DNA from: Octopus bimaculoides
Taxonomy: Eukaryota
Assembly: GCF_001194135.2 (NCBI RefSeq)
Contig: NC_068987.1
Coordinates: forward strand, 25,278,240 to 25,342,239
Direction: 5' to 3'
DNA: 64,000 nt
A program made the position numbers and the translations under genes. This document shows, one piece after another, positions 11,867 to 25,053 of this stretch. Numbering within the stretch: position 1 is the first letter of the stretch; the number at the start of each line of letters is the position of its first letter. The notes beneath the pieces were generated by a model, which saw nothing but the letters and a program-made list of their open reading frames with translations, did not search any database and was not told the origin of the DNA.

Positions 11867-11972
11867 AAAATCCTGGTACTTATTCTATCGATACCTTTGG
11901 CCGAGCCGCTATGTTACGGGGACGTAAACACACCAACACCGTTTGTTAGGCGGTGTTAGAAGACATACACAC

Positions 11973-12010
<38 letters not shown>

Positions 12011-12261
12011 GAGAATGTACGAAAAAACAACAACAGACGAGGACAGGTGGTGTAAATAACAAAAGGATGTATTAGTATGACGCTCAGGAATACGGAAAGT
12101 CTTATATATACACGACAGGCTTCTTTCAGTTTCCGTCTACCAAATCCACTCACAAGGCTTTTGTTAGCTAGAGGTTATAATAGTAGGTACTTGTCCAAGG
12201 TGCAAGTACCTGGAACCGTATGCCTGGGAAGCAAACTTCTTACCACACAGCCACGCCTGCG
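11867..12261 (-). mobile_element. SINE family C with a 95-bp insert in its central (TA)n
   Basis: Head on the minus strand ends at ccacacagccacgcctgcg (12261); 3' part at 11867-11970; foreign segment 12009-12103 between TA runs. Confidence 0.85.
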
Positions 12262-12687
12262 AAGGTGCAATATTTTTTATTTTTCGCTTAGACAAAGGTC
12301 ACACTGCATCTTTGATTTGAAGCATCCTATTCCAGTATGGTTGAGCTCTGTCCATAAAAGACCAGGTAATTTTGAATTCATGAGGACTTGGCTGAAGAAA
12401 CGGGAGCTTCAAATCAAAAATGCTGTGCGACCTTTGTCTGAGCGAAAAATTGAATGTTTTGGCTCAAATAGTCATAGTTTGAATTAAAGAAGTGAACCGT
12501 TAATGCGTTGTATGCATGTGGCTAAGTTTTGTTTTATGCAAATACAAGTCTCCTCCAGAATTTTGTTCTGGCTCATTTAAAATTCAGTCTTCTGATTCTG
12601 CTTTGACTTGATCTCGAAAGGCTTGTCCCTCTTATCATATCTGTCTACCAAGGAACGTCACGTATATATATGTATATATATGTATAA

Positions 12688-12719
<32 letters not shown>

Positions 12720-13329
12720 TTAGCGACGCTTCGATTGCTGCATTGCTTTATGTCAAACGGTAACTTGGTCTTTCGATGGAGATCGATAAAATAAGTACTA
12801 GACTGAAACAGAGGTCATTATGATTTACTAAAACTCCTTGGAAGCAGCGTCTCAACAAAGCCACTTTATTCTGAAACTAGATAAAGAATATACAGCGTTA
12901 TATAACAACGAAATGATCGCTGTACTGTGATAACCTGAGCTAGTTCCAGGTCAATGCTCATAAAAGAACGGCTTTGAAATCTTGTTCTCACGAGCTCTGT
13001 AGTAGAAAATACTAACACCTCAGTTTGTCAGACAGCAAGACAGTCAACCAACTAACCAGCCAACCAGCCAGCCAGCCAGCCAGCCAGCTAGATAACCTGC
13101 CTGCTGCAGCGGAAGACCTGGCTTTTTGGCTTTGAACTTGAGATTTTTGATGAAGCAATCAAGTATCCCAGAGACCTTTCAACTAGGTCCATTGTTCATC
13201 TAGAGATAGATAGATAGATAGATAGATAGATACATATATAGGAACATAGATAGATAGATAGAGAGATATAGTAGAACAAATCTGGCTTTGAAATCTTCAA
13301 TTTACAAATTAAGTAGTCTAAAACACTTA

Positions 13330-13655
13330 CCTATCACAGCCACTACCACTGTCACTACCTCCTCCTCCGAAACCAACGGCGCTACGACCACCACTACTAT
13401 CACCTCCGCCATTATCATCACCTCCACCACTATCACTACCACCACTATTGTGGCCGCCACCACAACCACCACTACTAACACTACCATTAACACCATTGTT
13501 ACCGCCACATCGACGGCCACCGTAACCACCACTACTGCAGCTGCTCCACTTCCCTCTCCTCCTCTTACTGCTACAACTACTATTACTGCTGCTGCTACTA
13601 CTACTTCTACCACTACTACTACTGCTACTATTACTACTACTACTACTACAGTTTA
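13330..13655. repeat. Imperfect (ACC)n/(ACT)n trinucleotide low-complexity tract
   Basis: Visible trinucleotide periodicity; yields spurious poly-T/poly-V/poly-S ORFs. Confidence 0.9.
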
Positions 13656-14158
13656 GTCGATCTCTTCTCAGTTGTAGCTGTGCTTTGTTTTGTTTCATTA
13701 TTTTTTTATCATCTAAAGACAACTTCAAAAACTATTCTCGTAACGATTTTCTATTTGACGGTTCTTCTTTCCTTCTTTCTTTCTCGTTTTCTTTTTCTCG
13801 TTTTCTTTCTTTCTTTCTTTCTATTTTGCTTCATTCTTCTCCTTCCCCCACCACGTTTTTTTTTCTTCTTTATATTACTTTATTTCACTTCGGACAATGT
13901 TCAAGTAACGATGGCAACAGTCCTTTTTATGTTTTTTACTAATAATAGTGATTAAAAAGTAGTTTCCTACTGTTATTATACAGCTGCGGGTCAAACTTGA
14001 TCGAATAGACCTTGTGATCAACGACATTCCAACCGTAACCTTCACCTGTTTACCTTATTATCTAAGACTGTACGTCTCAATATGCTCTTCCTTTTTCTCT
14101 TTTTAAGACGATAGAGAGTGATTTAAAGGCGTTGAATTCGCTCTCAAAGGTTTTAGAA

Positions 14159-14411
14159 GGATGGTTCTCGACCAGGGGCTCGATGACCCAAAGGGGTCCA
14201 TATAAGATTTTGCTGTTAAAATTTATGCGCAATAAAAATGCTTATATTTCGGCGCAGGCGTGACTGTGTAGTATGAAGCTTGCCCCACGACCACATAGTT
14301 CTTTGTTCAGTCCCACTGCGGGGCATCTTGGGCAAGTGTCTTCTACTATAGCTTCGGCCCTCTAAAGCCTTGTGAGTGAATTTGGTAGACGGAAGCTGAA
14401 AGAAGCCTGTC

Positions 14412-14443
<32 letters not shown>

Positions 14444-15169
14444 NNNNNNNNNNNNNNNNNNNNNNNNNNNNNNNNNNNNNNNNNNNNNNNNNNNNNNNNN
14501 NNNNNNNNNNNNNNNNNNNNNNNNNNNNNNNNNNNNNNNNNNNNNNNNNNNNNNNNNNNNNNNNNNNNNNNNNNNNNNNNNNNNNNNNNNNNNNNNNNNN
14601 NNNNNNNNNNNNNNNNNNNNNNNNNNNNNNNNNNNNNNNNNNNNNNNNNNNNNNNNNNNNNNNNNNNNNNNNNNNNNNNNNNNNNNNNNNNNNNNNNNNN
14701 NNNNNNNNNNNNNNNNNNNNNNNNNNNNNNNNNNNNNNNNNNNNNNNNNNNNNNNNNNNTATATATATATATATGCATATAGCTATGTCTTTGTGTCTGT
14801 GCTTGCCCCCCACCCCCACCCCCGCATGACAACAGGTGTTTGTATGTTTACGTCCACGTAAGTTAGTGGTTCAGTAAAAGACACCAATAGAATAAGTACT
14901 GAGCTTTAAAAAATAAGTCCTAGGGTTGATTTGTTCGATTAAAACCCTTCAAAGCGGTGCTCCAGTATGACCGCAGTCAAATGGCTGAAACAGATAAAAG
15001 ATAGAATTCACAATATATATATATATTTTTATACAGTTCCTAAAAATATTTAGCTATAAAAATACAGAAGGGTTTTTTTAAATACACATCGAGTAGCTAT
15101 GAAGGTCCAGTGGAATAAAATAGCAATCACAGGGGTCCATAAGTAAAAAAGAATGGTTGAGGACCGACG
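14159..15169 (+). mobile_element. hAT (Charlie-like) MITE copy 1, diverged, interrupted by a family C SINE
   Basis: Left end ggatggttctcgacc and right end ggttgaggaccgacg resemble CAGTGGTTCTCAACC TIRs. Flanked by ttttagaa (14151-58) and ttttagag (15170-77). Confidence 0.7.
14251..15004 (+). mobile_element. SINE family C, full length (central TA run contains an N-gap)
   Basis: ggcgcaggcgtgactgtgtag head; cttgggcaagtgtcttctactatagc CORE-like segment; 3' end gcggtgctccagtatgaccgcagtcaaatggctgaaacagataaaaga. Confidence 0.9.
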
Positions 15170-15177
15170 TTTTAGAG

Positions 15178-15677
15178 CAGGGGTTCTCAAACATTTTTTT
15201 TTACCTACGGACCCCTTTGATTAGCATTTTACTCTGGTGGACTCCCTTAGCCACTCGATGCTTAAAAAATAATTTTATAGAAACTTCTTTCAAAATTCCT
15301 ATTTTGTTTTCCACACATTAACTTGTGCAGGTTGAACTATGTAAAACATTTGAGAAAGAAACCTAGCTGTTTCTTGAAATACATACCAATACATACATCT
15401 AAAGTAAAGTTTTTCAGGGACCCTTGAAATATTATTGCGGACCCTGTTGTGTCGACACCCCCAAGCGAAGAAGAAGGATCGCCCAAGACATATAAATAGA
15501 GGTAGTCTAGCCGTGGTAGTGACTGTTGAGTAGCTGACGAGTAGAGATCATCCGAAGGTGCTAGATAGCAGTAGCTTGAGACATAACAGACCCCCAATTT
15601 ACTATTTTGTTACGTGGACCCCCAAAAATCTTATATGAACTCTCAGGGGCCACATGGACCCCGGTTGAGAACCACTG
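15178..15677 (-). mobile_element. hAT (Charlie-like) MITE copy 2 with perfect 8-bp TSD
   Basis: TIRs caggggttctcaaac / ggttgagaaccactg; TSD ttttagag at 15170-77 and 15678-85. Ends are the reverse complements of those of copy 1. Confidence 0.9.
15445..15588 (+). mobile_element. 144-bp solo LTR (TG...CA) with 5-bp TSD
   Basis: Starts tgttgtgtc and ends gacataaca (8/9 inverted match). TSD gaccc at 15440-44 and 15589-93. TATAAATA at 15491-98. Confidence 0.8.
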
Positions 15678-16035
15678 TTTTAGAGCGTTGGATAGAATAC
15701 TTAACAATATTTCTTCCGACTCTATGCGCACTGAGTTCAAATCACTCTGAGGTTCACTTTGACTTTCATCCTTTTGGGTCGATAAAAAAAAAAATAAAAG
15801 AATACCAATCCAAGATGGTGAATTGGCAAAACTGTTATAGCATCGGAGAAGATTCTTTATGGTAATTTTTCGGTCTTTTGCGTTCTGACAGCAATACCTG
15901 CAATGGTTGTGGTGCCACACTCTATCGATTCCTCCTCTTGGCCAGTATTGATAGCGGTGGAGAGGGAAGGCTATCATGCATTGATATGCATGAAGTATAA
16001 ATTGAATGGTAACGTTGTGGTTACTTAGCGTTAGG

Positions 16036-16144
16036 AAGGCGGTGAACTGACGGAATCGGTAGCACACCCGACAAAATGCTTAGCGATATTTCTTCATGCT
16101 CTTCACTTGTTGAGCTCGAATCCTGTCGAGGTCATCTTTGCCTT
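16036..16144 (+). mobile_element. SINE family B, old 3'-truncated fragment
   Basis: aaggcggtgaactgacggaatcggtagc...gagctcgaatcctgtcgaggtcatctttgccttt. Confidence 0.65.
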
Positions 16145-16319
16145 TACTCAAAGGTATTAAAGCTATCTCCTTTTGTATTGTTATACATTATTGACTACAT
16201 TGTCCAATCCTTTTGTAATAAAATGGGTGGCGGTCATTTCAGTTTATTTGGCTGATATTTCTAGCAGCTCGAATGGACCACTTAAAAGGCTCCTTTTGAT
16301 AACCTGCATGTGATTTGCT

Positions 16320-16355
<36 letters not shown>

Positions 16356-19145
16356 ACTGCAATGGTTTTCTTTAGTCATTGCGCGTTGATCGCTTATAAG
16401 CTTTAAGCTTACGAAATACTATTATTATTATTATTTACAGAATCTATATATATATATTTATTCATGTTTGTTTTAAGTATAGTTATGCATAAAAAAATGG
16501 GTTTATTGGAAAACCACTCCACTCAGTACATTTAAGTGGAGTATCAAATTAATTTTTATGACGGAAGGTTGACAATAGCTTCAAAATTTCGTAGTCTACA
16601 GTGTGTAATTGTAAAGTTTTGTTGATTTTTCAAGGTTTTTATATAATTTGGTTCATCTTGTGTGAGAGGATTAGTGGTTGTGAAGTAGGTGTGGTTTAAC
16701 AATCTGTATTGTTGCTATTTATAGGCCGTAAAAAGCACGCTATTAAACCACATGTATTCCGCAGCCACTAGGTTGAAGCCCCTACTCCCAAATACTTTAC
16801 AGTCTGACGAAGATCTGGTCGGTGAAACTTCGAAGCCATCGTCAACGTTTTCTTGTATGTATGTATGTATGGTTTCAGTTAAAGCCTAATGCATCATGGT
16901 GCTCATGCTTTTTCTAATATGATAAAATAATACGGTTAATGTGATATTCTGTATGTTCTATCGAATTTAAAAATGGGATTGCAGAAACACTTTGTTACAA
17001 ACCCGTCTCTAATACACTGCGCTCGCCATGCTACCCCTGCCTTCACAGTGGTTGCTGAAAACACCAATAGAAAAAATAAGTATTGTAAATAATTTATAAG
17101 CACGTCGCCTATAATAAATTTATTTATTGAAGATCCCTGAATATATAAATTAATAATCATTCATGCTTAACCCTCATACAGGATTAACTATAGCAACTAG
17201 TAATAGTAGCAAAGGACTTCATCTCCAACACCCGCAGTTGTAATATACGAAACTGCAGCGTTTTTTTTTCTTTTCTTTTTTTTTGGTGGGGAATGATACT
17301 TGTGTCAGTGGTGGCAGCAGAAGCAGTTCTCTGGACATACGGAAGCTTGATTATAGTAAAATATCGGTAACAAATTTGTATAAAATTCCATTATACATGT
17401 TTTTTCTCCTCTCTTTCTGTCAGTCTTTTGGACGCCATTTTGTGATGGAGATGTTCTTCTTGGCTTCTTTACGAGCGCTACAATACTATCTCTTCTCTCC
17501 GATTGGATGTGTGTATGAGATAACATTTATTGGATTCAGTTTGAACGCGGAACGCATCTAATGTATAATCAATACAGTATTCTTCTGTTCGTCTCCGCGC
17601 TTTGTGTATAGTTTTAAGTTCAGCATAGCGAAGTAAAAACAAGCTTAGTGAAATCGAGCAAACGATTATGTTTTTTTAATAAATGTACTTGAAGGTGCGC
17701 TGACATTGTTGCCGGATACGAACCTGTGATGATCATTTTGTTTTGATCCTGCTTCTTCTATAAATCCTCCTCTGCGATTTGTATTAAACATCGTAGCTCT
17801 TCAAAATTGCACGACAAAAGCAAAATTTTACCACCACTCCCACAACCGAAACAACAATGCAAATTTTAACAAATCGATAAAATAAAATATAAAGCTATCT
17901 TCTGAATTAGTTTTATGTCATTCTTGCATCAAACAAAACCCAACTTTCAATCTAATACTACATACTGTTTACTAGATTCAGAAATCTAACTGGTCAATAA
18001 CATTTCGCTTGGGGAGTCGCAATGTGGCAATCGATTTCTTGTGATCGGTTGTAGCAAATATATATTGTGACTAACTTCGAAAAGCATCACGATAAATGTT
18101 GTGGTTTTGATGTAAAAATTTTCTTCTGGTATTGATTTCGTGTTTACTGATGTAAACAAATCTCTATGCTTTAATTTAACAAAAAAAAAATTAAAACTTT
18201 TTTTAATTTACATTTTTTCTGTAATTTGTATGGTTTAACTAGGTTTTACTTTCACTCTGCACTTTTTTTTTTTTTTTGCTTGATAAATTATCTATTTTTC
18301 TTGTCTTTTCATCCTGCCGCCCCCTTGCCTATCTATCTATTTATTCTTAAGTTTGTTCATCTATCTATATATTTTTGTTTTCCATAGTTCCCATTCCTAT
18401 ATTCTCTCCTTCCACGTTACCTTACTAATTATAATATTCTCACATTCTCCATTCTAGTTCTCGCTTCTACAACTACTATTATGTCTATTTTCATTCAAAC
18501 CACACCATCAAAACTCACTTTTCATTTCCTAATACACAACCATGTCTATTTTTGGTTCTTTGTTTGTCTCCTCTGCGTTACCCTATTTCTGTCAACAATT
18601 TCTTCTTTCTTATCATACAATGTCCATGGTTTTATCCCTTTTTTTTTTTTTTGCAACCTTCTCTATTTTCTCCTTCATTTTTATCTTCATTCTTTTTCTT
18701 CCTTGACAGATATCTCTCCCTCCCACTCCATTCATCTATCCATCCATTCGTCCTTTCATCTGTCCCTCCATTTGGTCGTCTGTCGATCTCTGTCTCCCTT
18801 TTCCGTTCATCTGTCCATCTATTTGCTCACTTGTTAATCTGTCCATCATTCCATCCGTCTATCTATCCATCCGTCTGTCAAATATCTTCCAGCTGTCTGT
18901 TCATCTGTCCATCTATTCATTTATTTGTCAATCCTACGCCCGTCCATCAGTCTATCTGTTTCTTGGACCATCAATCCATCCGACCATCTTTTCATCCGCC
19001 TGTCTGGCCATCCAATATAATTATCGATTGACAGCTTGCACTTGCCAATGCATCGTGCCTTTACAAATCAGTAAATAGTAATAATCTACACAATAAATAA
19101 TATAAAAACATAGAATCATTTTCCGCATGTAAAACCCAATACAAA

Positions 19146-19191
<46 letters not shown>

Positions 19192-19217
19192 CTTTCACTA
19201 ACAAGCTTCTTTGTAAA

Positions 19218-19269
<52 letters not shown>

Positions 19270-19448
19270 CTCTTTTCCTCTCACACATACACACATCCTA
19301 TATATTTTCGTTGCTTTGCTTTGATAGACATCAAACAATAGATTTTCCTCGAGCTACAGACATTTTATCTGTCCTAACATGTCTCAAATCCTTAGATGTC
19401 GATAGATTGATTTGTATCTATCTATCTATCTATCTATCTGTCTATCTG

Positions 19449-19482
<34 letters not shown>

Positions 19483-19936
19483 CAACCATCCATTTATCAC
19501 TCCCTCCTTTCTTAAAGAGAAAGAAATAGAGAAGAGGGAGAAAAATATATAGAACACACGTAAAAGTAAAGAACAGAAGTAGGAGTGAAATGAAAAACAA
19601 CACAATAGCAAGTAGTGAAGGAAAGCGAAAGTTAGTTTTATTGACGTCATTATCAGGGATCATGTTTACTTAGTGTATCTTGGTGAGAACTTTCACTTTC
19701 AATATTTGGCAACCATTTTGCTTGTTTATATTCATATTCTTGAGAGGTGAACGTTTTCTATGGATAGCGATGATTATGCTGACCGTAGAGTGATAATGGA
19801 GTATGATAGTAATCCAGCCAGTAGTAAACAGCCCTCCTCCTCCTCCTCCTCCTCNNNNNNNNNNNNNNNNNNNNNNNNNNNNNNNNNNNNNNNNNNNNNN
19901 NNNNNNNNNNNNNNNNNNNNNNNNNNNNNNNNNNNN

Positions 19937-19975
<39 letters not shown>

Positions 19976-20492
19976 TCTTCAAACAAACTTATAATCATAA
20001 TGTTTTCTTTTCCAGGGCCACGTTAACTTGTGCGTCCTTGCATTTCTTTTTCAAGGCAGTAGAGAATGATTTGAGGAAGATTTAGACACTTTTACTAGCA
20101 GGTCGAAGCTCTCCATTTCCTGATCAGCTTGTATTTAGCAAAGGCGTTTCAGCCATGACCATCCCGTTTTATTTATCCATTTTTTTTATCCAATGCGATA
20201 TTTTTTGTCAAAATCTTTTGCTTGTTCTGTGTATCACATGTAATACATTGAACATATTTAATTGACGTCCACGCATTACACATACCCAATTTTTTCCAAT
20301 CACCAAAGTAACTTGAAACTTAAGACAAGAAAGCTTTATATTACTCAGGACGTATGAAACAAGGCCTAACTAAAATTCTGAAACCAAGAATGGACATTTA
20401 GATCAAAACTATGAAAATGTTTTAGACAGGCAAAGGGCTGAAGACAATAAAACAGTACGGTTCTATATTTAAGAGATGAGGAATTATGTACA

Positions 20493-20744
20493 TTATTTAC
20501 ATTATTTACATTTGACGGATATTTGTCCTCATCTTGTTTGTGGTTAACACAGCGTTTCGGCTGATATACCCTCCAGCCTTCATCAGGTGTCTTGGGGAAA
20601 TTTCGAACCTGGGTTCTCATTCCTAAGGTATTTTTCGATGTTGTTGTTGTTGTTATTATTATCATTATTCGGGTCACTGCCTGGAATCGAACTCAGAATC
20701 CGAGATGAGGGCAAATATCTGTCAAATGTAAATAATGTAAATAA
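20493..20744 (-). mobile_element. Penelope-like non-autonomous element with 42-bp inverted ends and a minimal hammerhead
   Basis: 20493-20534 and 20703-20744 are inverted repeats (40/42). Minus strand 20591-20546 reads gacac-CTGATGA-a-GGCTG-gagggtatat-CAGCC-GAAA-cgct-gtgtt. Confidence 0.65.
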
Positions 20745-20918
20745 AACAGTGCTTCACGAAGTGAAAGGTACCATTCCCGATGAAGCGTTGGAAAATTTTA
20801 TATGAGTTCTGGAGACAGAGGTGGGGGCCGAAGGGGAAATAGATTGCCCTTATTACCAAATATATTTTCAAATTTTAGCCTGTGTGTGAATCATCTGGTA
20901 GTATTAGTAGTCGAAATG

Positions 20919-21132
20919 AAGGCGGTGAACTAGCAGAACCGTTAGCATGACGGGCAAAACCCTTAGTGGCAATTTGTGTGTCTTTACGTTCTGAGTTCAA
21001 ATTCTGCCGAGGTCGTCTTTGCCTTTCATCCTTTCGGGGTCGATGAAATAAGTACCAGTTGAGTAGTGAGGTCGATGTAATCGACTTCCTTCTTCCCCTA
21101 AATTGCTGTCTTGTGCCAAAATGTGAAATCAA
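20919..21132 (+). mobile_element. SINE family B, tail type 3, 17-bp TSD
   Basis: TSD tattagtagtcgaaatg at 20902-18 and 21133-49; tail aaattgctgtcttgtgccaaaatgtgaaatc. Confidence 0.92.
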
Positions 21133-22302
21133 TATTAGTAGTCGAAATGTTATGTTGACATTTTCTATCATATCGGCTCATTTATAAATAGTCTTCAAAT
21201 GGCGATCAACCTGTCGGCAGCAATTTTTTTATGATTTATTAATTTTATTGAATTATGGGGTGGGGCGTTGAAAGTGTTAGTAAAAGAAATGGTTTGTTAA
21301 AAAACTTTCAGAAGCACTGTAAGTTCAATTGGAGGGAAATATGCTCCTTTGTTTCAGGGATCGATTCACTATGTAGAGGTTATCCGTAGTATCAGATGGT
21401 GAGGATACTAATGATGTTATTGATGGTAATATCTGCGAGAGCAATGGTGGACGTAATGAGAGTAGTGTTGGTGGATAAAGATGTCAAAATTTGAATTTTG
21501 TTTAGCACTGCGGTATCTCTGCATAACCTGTCACTTATTTATTACTGTCTGATACTAGCCGGGATGATAAATATTGAGAGTGACGCGAGTGCGTGGCGTT
21601 GACAAGCCGCAAAAACGGCGAAATGCACTTTTGTCATTCAAGCAGTCGCTTCCACTGCGATTTCGTTTCGTCTAACTCTGAAATATACTGTTTTTTTTAC
21701 ACAATACGTCTATAAGGGGATTTTTTTCCCTGATGAACACTTCCGCTACTGGCTTTTCCACCATATATATATTCATTAAGTATGTCATATAGATAAAGAT
21801 TTTTACCGAGAGCTGTTCTGTTGCAAAATTTGAATACACACACACACACATACTTATATACATACATATGTGTGTGTGTGTATATATATGTGTGTATATA
21901 TATATATATGTGTATATATATATATATACATATATACATNNNNNNNNNNATATAATTTTGTGTGCCCGCATACACCATTCACACTCGCACACGCACATAC
22001 AGTCTCCCTTATTCTCTCTCTGTCTCTCTCACACACACTCACACGCCCTACAAGTTAATAATTAAACCAGGTAGAAGCAGACAAGGAACATCTGTAAAGT
22101 GAAGTATCTTGGTGGTATTTCTGATTTAGAATTAGGCAGCAGGCCTGGAGGGAAGAGAGATAAGTGTTGATGATGTAATTTATACTCGCTACAAGATAAT
22201 TTTACGTTTATTGGAGTAGAGTGAGTTCCGTTTTTATTGCTACCTAACAACGAAGTGATGTTTCGGTAATGAAACGTTGAAAAAATTTTTTATTATGATA
22301 TG

Positions 22303-22366
<64 letters not shown>

Positions 22367-22527
22367 TATCTGTATATGCATATGTGAGTGTGTGTGTGTG
22401 TGTATCTATATATATATATTTCTGCATATATATATGTGTATATATGTGCCTGTTTGTGTATGCGTGCATACGTGTATATATGTGCCTGTTTGTATATGTG
22501 TGTATACGTGTGTATGTATACTTACAG

Positions 22528-22567
<40 letters not shown>

Positions 22568-22581
22568 TTGTTATTATCGAC

Positions 22582-22630
<49 letters not shown>

Positions 22631-23000
22631 ATATATATATATAATGTATGTATATATGTTGTACTTGGGGAATACACCTCAAGGGGACGTTCTGCATGCT
22701 TAAAGTGTCACATATGGAAAATAGTAAGATGGGAAAATTCGATTAATCGGGATTATCATTGGTATTAAAAATAAAAATCTCTCCCTAGAGAGGGTTAAAT
22801 ATCTAAAATGAAGCGCAACAAAGAAAAGATAGATAACTCTAAAAATATCGGGTAATTTGAAATTAAAGTAAAGACAAATGTGGTCAGTAGTAAACCTTGT
22901 CTTTAAATCTAAATAGTGAAAATAACGATCTTGTTGCGATCTTGTTAGAGCTCAAAGCAAAGTATATTCATGTCAATTGGCTACGTTAAGGGATGATTCA

Positions 23001-23033
<33 letters not shown>

Positions 23034-23400
23034 GGAGGCGCAATGGCCAAGTGGTTAGGGCAGCGGACTCGCGGTCATAGGATCGCGGTTTCGATTCTCA
23101 GACCGGGCGTTGTGAGTGTTTATTGAGCGAAAACACCTAAAGCTTCACGAGGCTCCGGCAGGGGATGGTGGTGAACCCTGCTGTAGTCTTTCACCACAAC
23201 TTTCTCTCACTCTTTCTTCCTGTTTCTGTTGTGCCTGTAATTCAAAGGGTCAGCCTTGTCACACTGTGTCACGTTGAATATCCCCGAGAACTACGTTAAG
23301 GGTGCACGTGTCTGTGGAGTACTCAGCCACTTGTACGTTAATTTCACGAGCAGGCTGTTCCGTTGATTGGCTCAACTGGAACCCTCGACGTCGTAAGCGA
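23034..23400 (+). mobile_element. SINE family A, near full length, between (TATC)n and (CT)n
   Basis: ggaggcgcaatggccaagtgg...accctcgacgtcgtaagcga. Confidence 0.95.
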
Positions 23401-25016
23401 CTCTCTCTCTCTTAAATGGAAAATATCCTGCAGAATATCAACTGAAGATCTGGGTGGTCCAATTAGCTAAAAGCTATGAGCAGCAATGAAACGTATTCTT
23501 ATGCGTCCAACGAATAAACTCTTTTATATCTATTCTGGTCCTATATTTGCACACACACACACACACACACACACACGTAGCTAACAACTAACGTGATAAA
23601 TAGAACCCAGTACATGTAGATTAAAGTATAAAATATGTGGCAGACATCATTAGTTGGTACTTCGAGTTTCTATGCATTACGGTCATCATATAGCGAAAAG
23701 TAGCCCCAAACAAGACACCATGCTAACGCGTCAAACGGCGAGACCTATGGTTAATCCAGCCATGCATATTGCTAGCTACGTAAATTAGGCTTTCAAATAT
23801 CGACAAATATACTAAGAGCTCCATAAATGAACTAATTAAATTATGTTAGAAATGATTACCAATAAAATCGAAGATAACTAATTGTTGAACTGGTTAATTT
23901 AGATGTCTCTGTGTGGCCTGATCTAACCAATGGGATGATTGTTCTGACACTCTGTCTTCAATTTCATTACTATGCTGTCTTTGATTTGGGCAGAAGATCT
24001 TCGTCTGAAGAAATGACGTGGAAATTCTGAAAACGGCTCAAATGGCGCTAATCTAATACACATACGTGCATGCATGTATGCATGCATACAGCCATACATG
24101 TGTGCATAGAATACATATTTGTATGTTTGTGTATATGTATATATATAATAACAAATAAAAGAAATATATATGCGTATATATGCACACACACGTGTGTGTG
24201 TGTGTGTACAGGACGTCACAAAACGGAAACAACATAAATTACGAAATACGAACACAACATGAAATACGAAGGCAAACTCGGGTATGCGAACAACGAGAGA
24301 AATAAATGGAAAACAAGACAAGTAATATAAAGAACGACCCTTCATCGGTTGTCGGTTGTTCATCTACTCCACGTTTCGAGTAATTAACAATTTGAGGCTT
24401 CGAAAAACAGTTGCTCTCGCGAACCTAATTAAAATTTGGGATTTGCGGAGAGTCAAAGTTGGTAACAGAAACGGGACAATAGAGGCATACAACAAGCCAA
24501 ACGAAAACAAACCTGGAGGGCTGTTAGGCCAGACGAGGTAAGGAAGCGAACGGTGGAGGAATATTCTTTGATAAGAGAAAAGATAGGAGAGAAGCACAAA
24601 CCAGACGCATTCTTATCTGTCGACAGACTGTAGGAAAAGAAAGATGATCGCATGAGGAAAAGAAAGATGGACGATGGTCACGCGTGAGCAACGAGAGAGA
24701 GAGAGAGTAAAGGAAGAAGAGGGGAGAGAGAGACAGATAGAAAACGGTAAGGGGGGATTAGAGAAAAAAGAAAGGAGGAGAAGGGGAGAAAAAAGAATTA
24801 GAGAAAGGAAGAGAGAGAAAACGAAAGGGGGAGAGAGAGAACAGAACAGGGTAGAGTCGCATCAAAATTATTAAGATAAACTTACTCGGGAATGGATGCG
24901 TGACGTTCAATCATATAATAACATAAATAAAAAAATATATATGCATATATACACACATAAATGTATTTATATATATATATGCGTATATGGGNNNNNNNNN
25001 NNNNNNNNNNNNNNNN

Positions 25017-25053
<37 letters not shown>

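Noticed and set aside
17424-17512. Strong acceptor followed by a hydrophobic reading frame
   Set aside because: Donor is weak, length (89 nt) is not a multiple of three and the peptide is unrecognised.
24340-24420. CCGATGA and GAAACGT on the minus strand inside a dispersed-repeat-like block (about 24210-24700)
   Set aside because: The motifs are in the wrong order for type I and no supporting stems exist for type II. It may still be Penelope-derived, but that cannot be shown here.
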